Below, piece after piece: positions 49,248 through 58,355 of a DNA stretch of 64,000 nucleotides. Every line of letters begins with the position of its first letter. Position 1 is the first letter of the stretch. The notes under the pieces are model-generated. The model saw nothing but the letters and a program-made list of their open reading frames with translations, was not told the DNA's origin and did no database searches. The translations under genes were made by a program, and so were the position numbers. The DNA comes from an uncultured Gammaproteobacteria bacterium (GTDB lineage: Bacteria > Pseudomonadota > Gammaproteobacteria > Steroidobacterales > Rariloculaceae): the NCBI GenBank assembly GCA_964465375.1, contig CAYXIJ010000006.1, positions 17,126-81,125 of the forward strand. The letters are read 5' to 3'.

Positions 49248-49745
49248 ATGCGTACTTGTGGACTGCTCAGCCTCCCTTTCGCACTGATTTTGAGCGCGTG
49301 CGGCCAGCAGGCATCCGACACCGAGCCTTCTGCAGAAGCCCAGCCTAGTGCATCGCCGGCAACCGAATCAGCGCCGCCTCAGATGCGGACCCTACGCCCA
49401 GCTCCGGAGGGGGCTATAGCCTATATCATTTCCCCGGCCGAGGGAGATGTCGTCGACTCTCCAGTACGGGTAGTGTTTGGCTTAAAGGGAATTGGTGTTG
49501 CGCCAGCCGGCGTGGATCTACCGGCCACAGGTCACCACCATCTGCTCGTAGACACTGAACTTATTTCGATGGATTCGATGATACCTACTGACAACAATCA
49601 TTTACATTATGGGCTAGGACAAACAGAGACGATCGTTGAATTGGAACCAGGAGAACACCGGCTACAGCTTGTACTAGGTGATTACCTCCATACTCCCCAC
49701 GATCCACCAGTGGTGTCCGACGCAATCACAATTCAGGTACAGTAA
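49248..49745 (+). CDS. DUF4399-like lipoprotein
   Basis: AAAGGAG lies upstream, and the lipobox is LILSAC. The GHHHLLVD motif is one I associate with DUF4399. Confidence 0.55.
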   Translation: MRTCGLLSLPFALILSACGQQASDTEPSAEAQPSASPATESAPPQMRTLRPAPEGAIAYIISPAEGDVVDSPVRVVFGLKGIGVAPAGVDLPATGHHHLLVDTELISMDSMIPTDNNHLHYGLGQTETIVELEPGEHRLQLVLGDYLHTPHDPPVVSDAITIQVQ

Positions 49746-49791
49746 TTTGAAGTTAGGCTAGTAGGATAAAAAATTTTCAGGGAAAGCTGAT

Positions 49792-51399
49792 TTGTATACA
49801 CAATTCTTCGGACTAAGGGAAAAGCCTTTCTCTATTACTCCGGATCCACGCTATCTCTATTTGAGCCAGCGCCATTCGGATGGGCTTGCACACCTTATCT
49901 ATGGCATATCCCAAAGTGGCGGCTTCATTCAGTTGACTGGGGAGGTAGGTACCGGCAAAACAACCCTTGTAAGGAGCCTACTTGAACAACTCCCCGAGGA
50001 AGCAGATGTCGCCTTAATCCTTAACCCGGAACTCACTACCCAAGAATTCCTAGCAACCATCTCAGAAGAATTGGGACTTGGGGTCGCTCCCCAGGCCTCT
50101 ACCAAATCACTGGTCGACGATTTGAACACGTACCTTCTGGATGCTCATGCCAGAGGTCGGAGGACCGTCTTGATTGTTGATGAAGCTCAAAATCTCGGCA
50201 CAGACATCCTAGAGCAAGTAAGACTTCTTACCAATCTTGAAACGCCAAAACAAAAACTACTTCAGATAATCCTAATAGGACAGCCGGAGCTAAGGGATGT
50301 CCTATCGAGGGAAGATATGCGACAACTAGCTCAGAGAGTTACTGGCCGCTATCACCTTGAGCCGCTAGACCTAGATGACACCGAAAAATACATTTTGCAT
50401 CGGATGAAGGTCGCGGGAGCTGCCGGCGGTATTTTTAAGAAATCTTCCATACGCGAAATTTATCGTTGGTCAAAGGGCATTCCAAGACTTATCAATGTAG
50501 TGGCTGACCGTACGCTACTGGCAGCGTACAGCCATGATACGAGAAACGTAAACCATAAACTGGTACGAAGAGCTGCAGCCGAAGTTTATGGGGATGGTTT
50601 CCTCTCACCATGGAAGCGGTGGCTCGCCAGCGCTACCACTGTAGCTGGCGTGGCGCTACTCGGGCTGGGGTTGTGGCGAATACTTGGGCCTGAAATCACC
50701 CTCCAATCGGATATTGAACCGGCAGTGACATCGACCATCGTCTCCGCAGCCGAACCTGCAATACAAGCCCCCAATGTAGTGGGGTCGTTCTTGGTCGATC
50801 CCAGCGTCTCAAAGGATACCGATAGTGCCTTCAAAACACTTTTTGATCTTTGGGGAGTTGGGTACAGTCAGCTTGGCTCCGTAAACGCGTGCGAACAAGC
50901 AATTGAGCTGGCTCTCAGGTGCTGGGTGCACAGCGGTTCCCTCAATCAGCTGAGACTGCTGAACCGGCCCGCTATCCTGACACTCACTGATAAGTCTGGT
51001 AGCCAACACCATGTTGTTATGAGAACTCTAGCCGGGGACAAGGTGGGCCTAATGGCTGGCAACCGAGCATTCTCAGTGCCCCTAGAGGAACTGGATGACT
51101 ACTGGTATGGGGAGCATCTTGTATTGTGGAAACCAGGAGCCCAGATAGATACTGACCTGATACCGGGCATGGAACATGAAGGAATTTCCTGGCTGCGGAG
51201 CAGTCTGGCCCGGATACAAAATGAGCCTTCGCTTAATACAGGCTCAAGCTTGTACGATGCGGGGCTGGAAGCACGGGTTAAAGATTATCAGCGGAATCGA
51301 CGGCTGACGGTAGACGGGATCGTTGGGGTGCAGACTCAGATACTAATGAATACCGATCTTGCCCTACCTGGCACACCTCTCCTGACCGGAGCGCAGTGA
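49792..51399 (+). CDS. gspA: ExeA/GspA-type AAA ATPase with C-terminal peptidoglycan-binding domain
   Basis: The N-terminus (M)YTQFFGLREKPFSITPDPRYLY, Walker A GEVGTGKTT, a central TM and a C-terminal PG_binding_1-like YQRNRRLTVDGIVG identify it. It has a TTG start. Confidence 0.8.
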   Translation: MYTQFFGLREKPFSITPDPRYLYLSQRHSDGLAHLIYGISQSGGFIQLTGEVGTGKTTLVRSLLEQLPEEADVALILNPELTTQEFLATISEELGLGVAPQASTKSLVDDLNTYLLDAHARGRRTVLIVDEAQNLGTDILEQVRLLTNLETPKQKLLQIILIGQPELRDVLSREDMRQLAQRVTGRYHLEPLDLDDTEKYILHRMKVAGAAGGIFKKSSIREIYRWSKGIPRLINVVADRTLLAAYSHDTRNVNHKLVRRAAAEVYGDGFLSPWKRWLASATTVAGVALLGLGLWRILGPEITLQSDIEPAVTSTIVSAAEPAIQAPNVVGSFLVDPSVSKDTDSAFKTLFDLWGVGYSQLGSVNACEQAIELALRCWVHSGSLNQLRLLNRPAILTLTDKSGSQHHVVMRTLAGDKVGLMAGNRAFSVPLEELDDYWYGEHLVLWKPGAQIDTDLIPGMEHEGISWLRSSLARIQNEPSLNTGSSLYDAGLEARVKDYQRNRRLTVDGIVGVQTQILMNTDLALPGTPLLTGAQ

Positions 51400-51400
51400 A

Positions 51401-52027
51401 ATGTCCTTTATATTAGACGCGTTAAGGAAGTCTGATCACGAACGACAGAAAAACACTGTTCCAAATATCAATCAGATACCGTCTGCTGTAAAACGAACCA
51501 AAACTCCGCGGTGGGTTGTTTACCTCATGGGCATGCTTGCTATGTGTGCGCTAATCCTGGGATGGGGCTGGATGAAAACACTCAACTCTATAAATGTTCC
51601 GCCCACAAGAACAGAGTCCATCAGGGCGACAGCATCGGCTTCACCTTCAAATAGCGGCGATGTACGTAGCCTGGCTCTAGAAGCGCGAACAGCGACCGAC
51701 TCTGCTCGAACAACCTTCCCGGTTAGCGACACTCAAGTCGAACCACCTGTGTCCGCAGTACGAATGGAGCCACCGAGAACCTTGCCTGGCTCTGTCGTTT
51801 CCGCACCGAGCCTCTCCGAATTAATAGCAACCGGCTCAAACTTACCCAATCTCCAACTCGAGCTCCACGTTTTCAGTCCTAATCCTGCCGAGCGCTTCGT
51901 GTTCATTAATTCCAGCAGATATGGTGAAGGGGACATTCTCCAAGAAGGTCCCCAAGTGATCACTATAACGATCGATGGGGTAATTCTCAGTTATGCTGGA
52001 CAGAATTTTATGTTACGGCGCGACTAA
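51401..52027 (+). CDS. gspB: GspB/ExeB-like protein
   Basis: It has the GspB-type N-terminus MSFILDALRKSDHERQ, one TM and a C-terminal FINSSRYGEGD region. It starts 1 nt after the gspA stop. Confidence 0.65.
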   Translation: MSFILDALRKSDHERQKNTVPNINQIPSAVKRTKTPRWVVYLMGMLAMCALILGWGWMKTLNSINVPPTRTESIRATASASPSNSGDVRSLALEARTATDSARTTFPVSDTQVEPPVSAVRMEPPRTLPGSVVSAPSLSELIATGSNLPNLQLELHVFSPNPAERFVFINSSRYGEGDILQEGPQVITITIDGVILSYAGQNFMLRRD

Positions 52028-52115
52028 CTTTCTTTATTCACGAACCAACTACACCCGAATAGCCAACGCTAAGCCTCCGTTAGATGAGGAGAGAAAGGCA
52101 TACCGGCCACACATT

Positions 52116-52946
52116 TCACGACCTAATGCCAGTGCCGCGCCGCAATAAGAGCAATGCTGTAGCATAAAAAATGATCAGTGCAGACACAATGATCGTATAA
52201 GCCAAGCCAATGGGGATATCGGAGCTGCCCAGCATCCCATAACGAAACGCGTTAACCATGTACAGGATAGGATTAACCATAGCCACCTTCTGCCACATGG
52301 GTGATAGTAAAGATAGTGAAAAGAAAACGCCGCCTAAATAGGTTAGGGGAGCCAAAACAAACGTAGGAATAATTGAAATCTCATCAAAGTTCTTTGCAAA
52401 TATCGCATTCAGTAAACCTGCAAGGGAAAAAACCATCGCAGTAAGCACTACCACAGAGATGGTAACTAGAGGATGCTCCAAACGTAATTCCGTAAAGAAC
52501 ATCGCGACCCCCGTAACCAAAGCTGCAACCAGCAATCCACGTACTACTCCCCCAAATACATAACCCGTCACTATCGTAGTGAAGCACAACGGAGAAATAA
52601 GCATTTCTTCCAGATGTTGCTGCATTTTTCCAGAAAAGAAAGAAGAGACCACGTTTCCAAAGGAGTTTGTAATTACTGACATCATAATCAAACCAGGCGC
52701 AATGAAGGTGGTATAGGGAACTCCCTCCATTTGCCCGATCCTTTGACCAATGAGACTGCCAAAAATGACGAAGTATAGTGTCATGGTAATGACCGGCGGA
52801 ACCATGGTCTGAACCCAGATCCTAAAAAGGCGCCTAATTTCCTTATAGATGATGGTATAGAACCCGATCAGGTTAACTTTCAACAAACTATGGGACTGGT
52901 GCTCTTTCTCGGGCGAAAAGCCCTCCGACAAGGGGTTTACTATCAT
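52116..52946 (-). CDS. yadH: ABC-2 type transporter permease (YadH-like)
   Basis: This is a six-TM ORF downstream of, and overlapping by 4 nt, the yadG-like ATPase gene. Confidence 0.75.
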   Translation of the reverse strand: MIVNPLSEGFSPEKEHQSHSLLKVNLIGFYTIIYKEIRRLFRIWVQTMVPPVITMTLYFVIFGSLIGQRIGQMEGVPYTTFIAPGLIMMSVITNSFGNVVSSFFSGKMQQHLEEMLISPLCFTTIVTGYVFGGVVRGLLVAALVTGVAMFFTELRLEHPLVTISVVVLTAMVFSLAGLLNAIFAKNFDEISIIPTFVLAPLTYLGGVFFSLSLLSPMWQKVAMVNPILYMVNAFRYGMLGSSDIPIGLAYTIIVSALIIFYATALLLLRRGTGIRS

Positions 52947-53875
52947 TGGGTTGACTCCCCTCCGCTTTTAGATTCTACGAGTCGGATAAAAAGCTCCTCT
53001 AGCCGATTCGTTTTCGTGCGCATGCTGGTAACATTTAAGGATTGATCAGACAGGGCACGAAAAACACTGTTCAGTCCCTGGCCCCTTGCGACTTCAACTT
53101 CTATTTCGTGGTTATTTCGGAGCCGCACTTCATATCCGTGTAGCACAGGAACCTGTTCTATCGTGTTCTCCAAAGACAAAACGAACACCTCTCTTTGCAA
53201 CTTTCTAACTACATTCACCATCAGATCATTCTCTATGATTTTTCCCTCGTCCATAATTGCAATGTTGCGACAGAGACTTTCCGCTTCTTCCAGATAATGG
53301 GTGGTCAAAATAATTGTGGTTCCCTCGGCATTAATCTTGCGCATCAGGTCCCACATCGAGCGGCGAATTTCAATATCAACGCCTGCGGTCGGCTCGTCCA
53401 ATATCAGTAGTTTCGGTTCATGAACTAGGGCGCGCGCGATCATCAGTCGACGCTTCATCCCGCCAGATAGATTACGGGTAACATCATCTCGTCTATCCCA
53501 TAGATGCACTGCACGCAGATACTTCTCCGCACGGACACGAGCGACACGCCTTGGAACGCCATAATATCCTGCCTGATTGATAAGCACGTTCTGGTTATTC
53601 TCAAACATGTTTAGATTGACCTCTTGCGGGACCACGCCGATACAAGCCTTCACCGCTTCTATTTCTCTATCTAGGTCATATCCAAAGGCTCTAATTGTTC
53701 CAGCACTTTTGGTCACTAATGAGGTAAGGATACCGATCACCGTAGTCTTGCCCGCACCATTTGGGCCCAGTAGCGCACAGAAATCACCTTCCTTTACAGT
53801 CAGGTCGATACCTTTCAGGGCTTCAACCCCATTACGATAGACCTTGCGCAAATTTTCAACGACTAAAGCATCCAT
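52943..53875 (-). CDS. yadG: ABC transporter ATP-binding protein (YadG-like)
   Basis: It is collinear by eye with E. coli YadG (LLGPNGAGKTT, LSGGMKRRLMIARALVHEPKLLILDEPTAGVDIE, TTHYLEEAE, NRLEELF). Confidence 0.85.
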   Translation of the reverse strand: MDALVVENLRKVYRNGVEALKGIDLTVKEGDFCALLGPNGAGKTTVIGILTSLVTKSAGTIRAFGYDLDREIEAVKACIGVVPQEVNLNMFENNQNVLINQAGYYGVPRRVARVRAEKYLRAVHLWDRRDDVTRNLSGGMKRRLMIARALVHEPKLLILDEPTAGVDIEIRRSMWDLMRKINAEGTTIILTTHYLEEAESLCRNIAIMDEGKIIENDLMVNVVRKLQREVFVLSLENTIEQVPVLHGYEVRLRNNHEIEVEVARGQGLNSVFRALSDQSLNVTSMRTKTNRLEELFIRLVESKSGGESTQ

Positions 53876-54145
53876 TTCCGATGGGTCTCTAAAAAATTCA
53901 GTGGGACAATATCTTGATCAGAGGCTTTATTCTACTAACTTAGCCTGCACCCCGCGCCCACTTTGTGGGTAAACAGGAGCCCAGCAAAGAGGTATCGGGG
54001 GGGGCTGGATAAGCGTAAGCTCATAAATTCTCTCTACTCGGACAAGCTCTCTGAACTATGGCCAGGCAATACTCAGGGACAGGAAAACACCTGCCGGCAA
54101 TGACAATAATGTGTGAACAGCCCCACAAAAGGTTTAGCTAGCAGG

Positions 54146-54913
54146 ATGTGCCTCGTGGTTTTTGCACTTGGTGTTTCCCGGAATTACCCGCTAATACTTG
54201 CAGCAAACCGGGATGAAATGCACGAACGTCCAAGTGCTCCAGCGGAATGGTGGAAGGACTGCCCAAGCATCCTCGGGGGCAGGGACCTGTTAGCCGGCGG
54301 TACCTGGTTGGGTGTTAACCGGAAGGGTTGGCTGGCGACGGTTACCAATCTTAGACATGAAGGCGGCAACCAGTCCACAATTTCGCGGGGACACCTGGTA
54401 AGTGATTATCTGGCTACAGAAGGAGATGCGGAAAACTTCAGGGAAAAAATTGATACAGAAAAAAAAGTTTTTGGCCCTTTCAATCTACTGATCTTTGACG
54501 GTACTGTCTTTCACTATTTCAGCAATCGAGCTGAAACCGCAAGGCTCGGGCCTGGTATCCATGCTATCAGTAATGCGAAACGGGGAACCACGTTGCCTAA
54601 GTTACTTAAGGCCAAACAGGGTCTAGAAAAATGTTTGTCCGCAAATGATCTGAGTAAGTGCCTGTTCAGATTGCTTTCGGATGCCAATACGTATGATGAC
54701 CCTTCAATTACTGAAGAAACCGAGCGGATACCTCATGATGCCACCCTTTTTGTGAAGGGCCCATACTATGGGACTCGGTCCTCAACAGTGGTTCTTTTTT
54801 CTAGTCGGGGAAAAGTGCGTTTTCTTGAGCGAAGTTTCACGGCCAAGGGCAAATTAAGGGAAGAGTGTTCCTATTCCTTCACTCTACCGGAGCACTCAAA
54901 GTCTGCCCCGTAG
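54146..54913 (+). CDS. NRDE-family (TANGO2/DUF833-like) protein
   Basis: It has the family-typical N-terminus MCLVVFA...LILAANRDE. The ORF opens at GTG 54113. Confidence 0.75.
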   Translation: MCLVVFALGVSRNYPLILAANRDEMHERPSAPAEWWKDCPSILGGRDLLAGGTWLGVNRKGWLATVTNLRHEGGNQSTISRGHLVSDYLATEGDAENFREKIDTEKKVFGPFNLLIFDGTVFHYFSNRAETARLGPGIHAISNAKRGTTLPKLLKAKQGLEKCLSANDLSKCLFRLLSDANTYDDPSITEETERIPHDATLFVKGPYYGTRSSTVVLFSSRGKVRFLERSFTAKGKLREECSYSFTLPEHSKSAP

Positions 54914-55567
54914 CCAGGTACCGATATCACGGATCTCTTCTGGGCACACCGCATGCTCGGCGGTATAGGTATTCCATCCAACACGATAACCCTGCTCTTC
55001 CAAAGCATTTTTAGACGCCTCACCGAAGAACGGGGGAATCACCGGGTCCAGTAGGCCATGCCCCAGAAAAATCTCCGTCTGCTGCCCCGCATCACTTTTC
55101 TCAGCACCAAGTGTTGACGCTAAAGGTAGGTAGGTTGAAAGCGCCACAACACCAGCTAGCCGCTTAGGGTAACGAAGACCAACATGGAGCGCGAGAGCAC
55201 CACCCTGGGAAAAGCCTGCCAGAACAATTTTTTCTTCGGGTACGCCACGACCGACTTCCGTCGCAAGCATTGCCCCCACTGCCTTTGCGCTGGCCCTGAT
55301 GCCCTCTTCATCCTCCGGTCCACGCTTGTCCAAACTTAGAATGTCATACCAGGCTCGCATGGACATACCACCGTTGATCGTCACAGGACGATGGGGCGCA
55401 TGCGGAAAAACCCATCGCACGCTCCTCGGTAGCCCGAGCTGCGACACAATGGGTTCAAAATCATGGCCATCTGCCCCCAAACCATGTAGCCAGATGACGC
55501 TCCCCGTAGCCGAGCCTTTTGCCTCTATTTGAAAACTTTCCAATGTACCAGTTGACTTTATTTGCAC
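54896..55567 (-). CDS. Phospholipase/carboxylesterase-family serine hydrolase
   Basis: WLHGLGADG, the nucleophile elbow GFSQGGA and later GHG..D and AEH residues identify it. It has a GTG start, and its 3' end overlaps the NRDE gene by 18 nt. Confidence 0.8.
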   Translation of the reverse strand: MQIKSTGTLESFQIEAKGSATGSVIWLHGLGADGHDFEPIVSQLGLPRSVRWVFPHAPHRPVTINGGMSMRAWYDILSLDKRGPEDEEGIRASAKAVGAMLATEVGRGVPEEKIVLAGFSQGGALALHVGLRYPKRLAGVVALSTYLPLASTLGAEKSDAGQQTEIFLGHGLLDPVIPPFFGEASKNALEEQGYRVGWNTYTAEHAVCPEEIRDIGTWLRGRL

Positions 55568-55610
55568 ATAACTCTTATTATATGCGCAATTTTATTCAAG
55601 TAGCAAGACT

Positions 55611-56078
55611 ATGCCTACCGCTATTGCCCATCAAAGTGCCCGGCGCCGCGCAATCTCAAAATTGCTGGAGCTGAACCCAGTCAGTCGCCAATCAGAGCTG
55701 GTCCGGCTGCTGCAGACCGAGGGTTTCGATGCGACACAGTCCAGCGTCAGTCGGGATCTGAAGGAGCTCGGGGCAGTCAAGCTAACAAACGGCTACAGCT
55801 TGCCTGGGCCGCACCGGATCGATAATGAGTCTGAGCTGGGTCTAGTTGTCGAGTTTGTGCGGGATGTCCAGCCGGCCGGTGCAAACATCACGGTTATCAC
55901 CACCGCGGTAGGAGCTGCACAAAGGGTTGCGGTAACGCTGGACCGGATGGGTTGGCCGGAGATCGTTGGCACACTTTCCGGGGATGACACTATTTTTGTT
56001 GCTACGGCAGGTTTGGTCCAACAGCGAAGGCTTGGTGCCCGGCTTCGCAGCACATTGAAAGAGGTAGGCATGCGATGA
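55611..56078 (+). CDS. argR: Arginine repressor
   Basis: 155 aa. It has the winged-helix region ATQSSVSRDLKELG and the C-terminal oligomerisation/arginine-binding region GTLSGDDTIFV. Confidence 0.85.
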   Translation: MPTAIAHQSARRRAISKLLELNPVSRQSELVRLLQTEGFDATQSSVSRDLKELGAVKLTNGYSLPGPHRIDNESELGLVVEFVRDVQPAGANITVITTAVGAAQRVAVTLDRMGWPEIVGTLSGDDTIFVATAGLVQQRRLGARLRSTLKEVGMR

Positions 56079-57280
56079 GCATAAAGAACCCAATAATACT
56101 GGCTTTCTCCGGTGGACTGGATACCTCGTTCTGTGTCCCCTGGCTAAAGGAAAACCACAAGCGGTCGGTGGTCACGGTCACGGTCAATACAGGTGGCTTA
56201 GATCAGCGCAACAGTGAGGTTTTAGCAGAGCGCGCCCTTGAGCTGGGTGCAGCGGATCACGTTTTTGTGGACGCCAAGCGGGAGTTTTTTGACCGTGTTC
56301 TCAAATTCTTGCTAATGGGGAACGTGCGACGGGGGCACCTCTACCCTCTATGCGTAGGTGCCGAGCGGGGTATTCAGGCAGACAAACTGGCCGAAACTGC
56401 AAAACGGTTCGGCTCCGACACGGTAGCGCATGGCTGCACTGCAGCAGGAAATGACCAAGTTCGCTTTGAAATCATTTTGAAAACGCTTGCGCCGGACCTC
56501 AAAATTCTTGCTCCAGTACGAGATCATAGTTGGACACGTACTGACCAGCTCCAGTACCTCAAAAAACTACAACTTCCTGTGCCACAGTCAGGATCCGCAT
56601 ATTCAATTAACCGCGGCCTATGGGGAACAACTATTGGAGGAACCGAGACTCTGGACTCTCTAAATACGATTCCGGAGGAAGCCTGGCTGTTGAGCTCTGG
56701 TGCTTTTTCTGACGCGGAAAGGCCAAAGGAAATCAGCATCTCATTTGAAAGCGGGATACCCGTATCTGTGGATGAAAACAGTATGGACCCGGTCACTTTG
56801 ATCGAACACCTGGAGATAACGGGTGCACGATATGGCATCGGCCGTGGAATTCATCTCGGAGATACTATTCTTGGGACCAAAGGTCGAGTTGCTTTTGAGG
56901 CCCCGGCCGCAGAAATTCTTTTAGGAGCCCACCGAGAACTGGAGAAGCTCACGCTGACCTCTCATCAAATCCGCACCAAAGATCAAGCTGCCCAAACTTA
57001 TGGAGAACTAGTGCATGAGGGTAAGCAGTTAGACCCCGCTTGTCGCGATATAGAGGCGCTTCTCATGTCATCCCAAGCACGTGTAACTGGCAATGTGCGC
57101 TGTGAACTTCGCCCGGGTAGTGTATTTATAGTCGGCGTAGAGTCGAACTATTCCCTTATGGCTGCTAGTCAAGGCAAATATGGGGAGTCAGCAGGAGAAT
57201 GGTCACCCGAAGATGCTTTGGGTTTTTCACGCGTGCTAGCCCTGCCGGGAATACTCCATACGCGTGCCGGGAAAAGCTGA
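56075..57280 (+). CDS. argG: Argininosuccinate synthase
   Basis: ILAFSGGLDTS (PP-loop) and HGCTAAGNDQVRFE identify it. Its ATG overlaps the argR stop (ATGA 56075-56078). Confidence 0.9.
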   Translation: MSIKNPIILAFSGGLDTSFCVPWLKENHKRSVVTVTVNTGGLDQRNSEVLAERALELGAADHVFVDAKREFFDRVLKFLLMGNVRRGHLYPLCVGAERGIQADKLAETAKRFGSDTVAHGCTAAGNDQVRFEIILKTLAPDLKILAPVRDHSWTRTDQLQYLKKLQLPVPQSGSAYSINRGLWGTTIGGTETLDSLNTIPEEAWLLSSGAFSDAERPKEISISFESGIPVSVDENSMDPVTLIEHLEITGARYGIGRGIHLGDTILGTKGRVAFEAPAAEILLGAHRELEKLTLTSHQIRTKDQAAQTYGELVHEGKQLDPACRDIEALLMSSQARVTGNVRCELRPGSVFIVGVESNYSLMAASQGKYGESAGEWSPEDALGFSRVLALPGILHTRAGKS

Positions 57281-57281
57281 T

Positions 57282-58355
57282 ATGCGCTCTGTGATAATAG
57301 ACAAAGTAGCGTCGGTGGCGCAAACCAAAGAAATAGGCCGAGAGGTCCGGCTGAGCCATGACATTCCTTGCGAGGAGGGCATTTTAATCGCGGTCGAAGT
57401 GTTAAACAATAAATCGCGCTACAACACGCTGGAACTCGACAGTGGACGTATGGCCCAAGTAAAGCGCGGGGATGTCATCGTCGGAGCATTGGGTCACAGA
57501 AAAGCACTCTTTGGTTACTCGGGTCACTTGCCTGAAAAACTTGCCCCGGGCGATTCTATACAGATTCTTAATCTTGGTGGTGTTCTAGGCATCTGCGATT
57601 CAATCAATCCTAGCAGGGGACAACCTTTTGACTGCAATGTTCTCGGTGTCGTGCTTGATTTCCCCTATCTGGGCGAACGCATCGGCGTTCCAGCCCGCGT
57701 TGGAACCAAAAACCTAGAAAATCAGGCCACCTTAAAACTTAACGGAACCCCGGTTATCGCTATGGCAGGCACCTGCATGGACTCTGGAAAAACTGTTGCT
57801 GCCTGTGCAGTGATAAGCCGCTTCCGGCACAAGGGCCTGACAGTAGACGCATTTAAAGCCACCGGTGTTGCGCTGAGGCGGGACATTCTGGCGATGGAAG
57901 ACTCGGGTGCGCGTAATACAGGCATCTTTGCAGATTTCGGTGTCGTCGCTACATCACCAAGCAACGCGCCTGCACTAACACGCAACCTACTTTCCGGCCT
58001 CGCTTTGCATAAACCTGACGTCATCGTATTCGAACTGGGAGATGGCTTACTAGGTGCCTATGGCGTAGAAGCGATACTTCAGGATACGGAAATTCGTGAT
58101 GCACTTTCTGCAGTGGTTCTTTGCGCAAACGATCCAGTAGGCGCCTGGGGGGGTATCAAACTTTTGCGAGACGAGTTTGAGGTAGATCCCATTGCAGTCA
58201 CTGGCCGTGCCACAGATAACGAGGTAGGTGTAGCAATAATAGAGCAGCAGGGTGGTGTCCCTGGAATTAATGCGCTTAGTAATGGTGCCAAACTAGGTGA
58301 CCTCCTTCAGCACAAACTTAAATTGGGCAAATCCAATGCCGGGGAGTCCGAATGA
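57282..58355 (+). CDS. Uncharacterised two-domain protein with GTxxxxGKT P-loop, embedded in the arg operon
   Basis: ATG 57282 lies 1 nt after the argG stop (GTG 57264 is an alternative), and its stop overlaps the argC ATG (ATGA 58352-58355). The P-loop is GTCMDSGKT at 57768-57794. The N-terminal ~150 aa are unassigned. Confidence 0.75.
   Translation: MRSVIIDKVASVAQTKEIGREVRLSHDIPCEEGILIAVEVLNNKSRYNTLELDSGRMAQVKRGDVIVGALGHRKALFGYSGHLPEKLAPGDSIQILNLGGVLGICDSINPSRGQPFDCNVLGVVLDFPYLGERIGVPARVGTKNLENQATLKLNGTPVIAMAGTCMDSGKTVAACAVISRFRHKGLTVDAFKATGVALRRDILAMEDSGARNTGIFADFGVVATSPSNAPALTRNLLSGLALHKPDVIVFELGDGLLGAYGVEAILQDTEIRDALSAVVLCANDPVGAWGGIKLLRDEFEVDPIAVTGRATDNEVGVAIIEQQGGVPGINALSNGAKLGDLLQHKLKLGKSNAGESE

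Noticed and set aside
53997-54004. A G8 homopolymer lies in the 270-bp divergent spacer between yadG and the NRDE gene.
   Set aside because: This is a single short tract with no associated contingency-type gene. There is no evidence for phase variation.
55581-55600. An ARG-box-like sequence, tatgcgcaattttattcaag, lies just upstream of argR.
   Set aside because: Only one half-site (wwwwATTCA) matches the E. coli-type consensus TNTGAATWWWWATTCANW. The other half matches 2 of 5 positions, which is insufficient to call an operator without a lineage-specific matrix.
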